The position numbers were made by a program, and so were the translations under genes. From Leucoraja ocellata (taxonomy: Eukaryota): a DNA stretch of 64,000 nt. Location of the stretch: NCBI GenBank assembly GCA_036785375.1, contig JAWMAR010000340.1, positions 1,550,001-1,614,000 of the forward strand, given 5' to 3'. Of the stretch, positions 61,423 through 64,000 are shown in pieces (position 1 is the first letter of the stretch; the number at the start of each line of letters is the position of its first letter). Below the pieces are notes generated by a model. That model saw only the letters and a program-made list of their open reading frames with translations. It was not told where the DNA came from and made no database searches.

Positions 61423-63635
61423 GTGAGGCAGAAGACAGAGAAGGGAAGCATTCAGACCCAACATGTAGGGGAGAAAGAAGAAAAAGATAATATACGGAGA
61501 ATAAAAGGTGAGGGGTTTCTTAAATGTGTATATTTTAATGCTAGGAGCAATGTTAGAAAGGTGGATGAGCTTAGAGCCTGGATTGACACCTGGAAGTATG
61601 CTGTTGTGGCGACTAGTGAAACATGGTTGCAGGATGGCTGCGATTGGAAACTAAATATTCCAGGATTTCGTTGTTTCAGGTGTGATAGAATTGGAGGGGC
61701 AAGAGGTGAAGGTGTTGCATTGCTTGTCAGGGAAAATATCACAGCAGTGCGTTGGCAGGATAGATTAGAGGGCTTGTCTGGGGAGGCTATTTGGTTGGAA
61801 CTGAGAAATGGGAAAGGTGTAACAACACTTATAGGGGTGTATTATAGACCGCCTAATGGGGAGCGAGAATTGGAAAACAAATATGTAAGGAAATAGCAGA
61901 TATTAGTAAGCACAAGGAAGTGATTGTGGGAGATTTCAATTTTCCATACATAGACTGGGAAACACATTCTGTAAAAGGGCTGGATGGTTTGTAAAATGTG
62001 TGCAGGATAGTTTTTTTGCAGCAATACATAGAGGTACCTACTAGAGAAGGGGCAGTGCTGGACCACCTGTTAGGAAATGAGACAGGTCAGGTGGCGAAGG
62101 TATGTGTTGGGGAGTATTTCGGGTCCAGTGATCACAATACCATTAGTTGCAATATAATTATGGAAAAGGTCAGAACTGGACCAAGGGTTGAGAATTTGAT
62201 TGGAGAAAGGCTAACTTTGAGGAGATGCGAAAGGATTTAAAAGGAGTGAATTGGGACATTTTGTTTTATGGGAAGGATGTAGAAGAGAAATGGAGGACAT
62301 TTAAAGGTGACATTTGAAGAGTACAGAGTCTTTATGTCCCTGTTTGGTTGAAAGGAAAGAGTAATAATTGGAAAGAGCCATGGTTTTCAAGGGAAATTGG
62401 GCACTTGGTTCGGAAAAAGAGAGAGATCTACAATAATTATAGGCAGCATGGAGTAAATGGGGTGCTTGAGGAGAATAAAGAATGTAAAAATAATCTTAAG
62501 AATGAAATTAGAAAAGCTAAAAGAAAATATGAGGTTGCTTTGGCAAGTAAGGTGAAAGTAAATCCAAAGGGTTTCTACAGCTATATTAATTGCAAAAGGA
62601 TAATGAGGGATAAAATTGGTCCATTAGAGAGTCAGAGTGGACAGCTATCTGCAGAGCCAAAAGAGATGGGGGAGATATTGAACAATTTCTTTTCTTCGGT
62701 ATTCACCAAGGAGAAGGATATTGAATTATGTGAGATAAGGGAAACAAGTAGAGTAGCTACGGGAACTATGAGGATCAAAGAAGAGGAAGTACTGACACTT
62801 TTGAAAAATATAAAAGTGGATGTCTCCAGGTCCTGACAGGATATTCCCTAGGACATTGAGGGAAGTTAGTGTAGAAATAGCAGGGGCTATGACAGAAATA
62901 TTTCAAATGTTATTAGAAACAGGAATGGTGCCGGAGGATTGGCGTACTACGCATGTTGTTCCATTGTTTAAAAAGGGTTCTAAGAGTAAACCTAGCAATT
63001 ATAGACCTGTTAGTTTGACGTCAGTGGTGGGCAAATTAATGGAAAGGATATTTAGAGATAATATATATAAGCATCTGGATAAACAGGGTCTGATTAGGAA
63101 CAGTCAACATGGATTTGTGCCTGGAAGGTCATGTTTGACTAATCTTCTTGAATTTTTTGAAGCGGTTACTAGGGAAATTGATGAGGGTAAAGTGGTGGAT
63201 GTTGTCTATATGGACTTCAGTAAGGCCTTTGACAAGGTTCCTCATGGAAGGTTGGTTAAGAAGGTTCAATTGTTGGGTATTAATGGTGCAGTAGCAAGAT
63301 GGATTCAACAGTGGCTGAATGGGAGATACCAGAGAGTATTGGTGGATGGCTGTTTGTCAGGTTGAAGGCCGATGACTAGTGGGGTGCCTCAGGGATCTGT
63401 GTTGGGTCCACTGTTGTTTGTCATATACATCAATTATCTGGATGATGGTGTGGTAAATTGGATTAGTAAGTATGCAGAAGATTAATATAAGATAGGTGGT
63501 GTTGTGGATAATGCAGTAGATTTTCAAAGTCTACAGAGAGATTTAGGCCATTTGGAAGAGTGGGCTGAAAGATGGCAGATGGAGTTTAATGCTGATAAGT
63601 GTGAGGTGCTACATCTTGGCAGGACAAATCAAAAT
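61423..63635 (+). pseudogene. CR1 ORF2 relic (APE endonuclease plus RT)
   Basis: YFNARS, SETWL, GVYYRPPN, SSDHN; [45 protein letters not shown]; catalytic YADD altered to YAED followed by a stop. Confidence 0.92.
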
Positions 63636-64000
63636 GGTAAGATTAAATGAGAACTTACCAGTTTGAAGTTTGATCTTGATTTTATGAGGAGTTACGATGA
63701 GCGATTACGTGAAAATGGGCTGTCCGTCTGCGTGCGCCCCAATCTTCAAAGCAGTGGTGTAAAATCACAGATAAAAAAGACCTGAGAATAGTAAGATTGT
63801 GAAGAAACTAGAACTTCCATATGACCTTGATAATATGAGGGAGGGAACGGTGGGCACGTAATCGCTCATCGTAACTCCTCATAAAATCAAGATCAAACTT
63901 AAAACTGGTAAGTTCTCGTTTAATCTTACTATTTTACTTCGGAGTCACGTGAGTGACTGTGTGAAGATTTCAAAGCTCTGTGATGTCACGCCGGTTACGA
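63631..64000 (-). mobile_element. Probable terminus of a DIRS-type (tyrosine recombinase) retrotransposon
   Basis: 81-bp inverted repeat (63631-63711 vs 63855-63935, 3 mismatches, 143-bp spacer) starting exactly where the CR1 breaks at AAAAT; fits the DIRS terminal repeat plus internal complementary region layout. No coding region is inside the window. Confidence 0.6.

Larger units (their letters stand above)
60193..63635 (+). mobile_element. Near full-length decayed CR1 LINE, interrupted at ~63635
   Basis: 5' UTR with a duplicated GGGGCTTTGTTCCACAGAGGCCCAGGAG unit, then ORF1 and ORF2 in order; ends abruptly at the inverted-repeat element. Confidence 0.93.

Overview
Vertebrate genomic DNA, AT-rich, with two short N gaps. 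The repeat inventory (HE1/V-type SINE, CR1 LINEs with (CTATTGT)n or (ATGTTTCT)n tails, Penelope-like elements) suggests a cartilaginous fish such as a skate or ray; this is an inference. The only supportable host gene is a two-exon engrailed-1 (en1) on the minus strand: CDS 36460-35956 joined to 33334-33015, 274 aa, with all EH1-EH5 boxes and the homeodomain. It lies in a ~22 kb transposon-poor, CpG-retaining domain (~23.3-45.3 kb) containing enhancer-like non-coding blocks. The flanks carry a complete but decayed 4.4 kb Gypsy LTR retrotransposon (228-bp LTRs, tRNA-Trp primer site, G GGA AAC -1 slippery site), many CR1 pieces including a near-complete copy with an esterase ORF1, and Rex1, RTE and HERO LINE relics. 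They also hold Penelope-like remnants with hammerhead-ribozyme cores, a Tigger-like MITE and the folded-back end of a probable DIRS element. The most unusual signal is in the HERO LINE 3' UTR (~54170-54235, minus strand): the three hammerhead strands appear in a non-circularly permuted order. All repeat-family names come from recalled motifs, not database searches, and most repeat boundaries are approximate.
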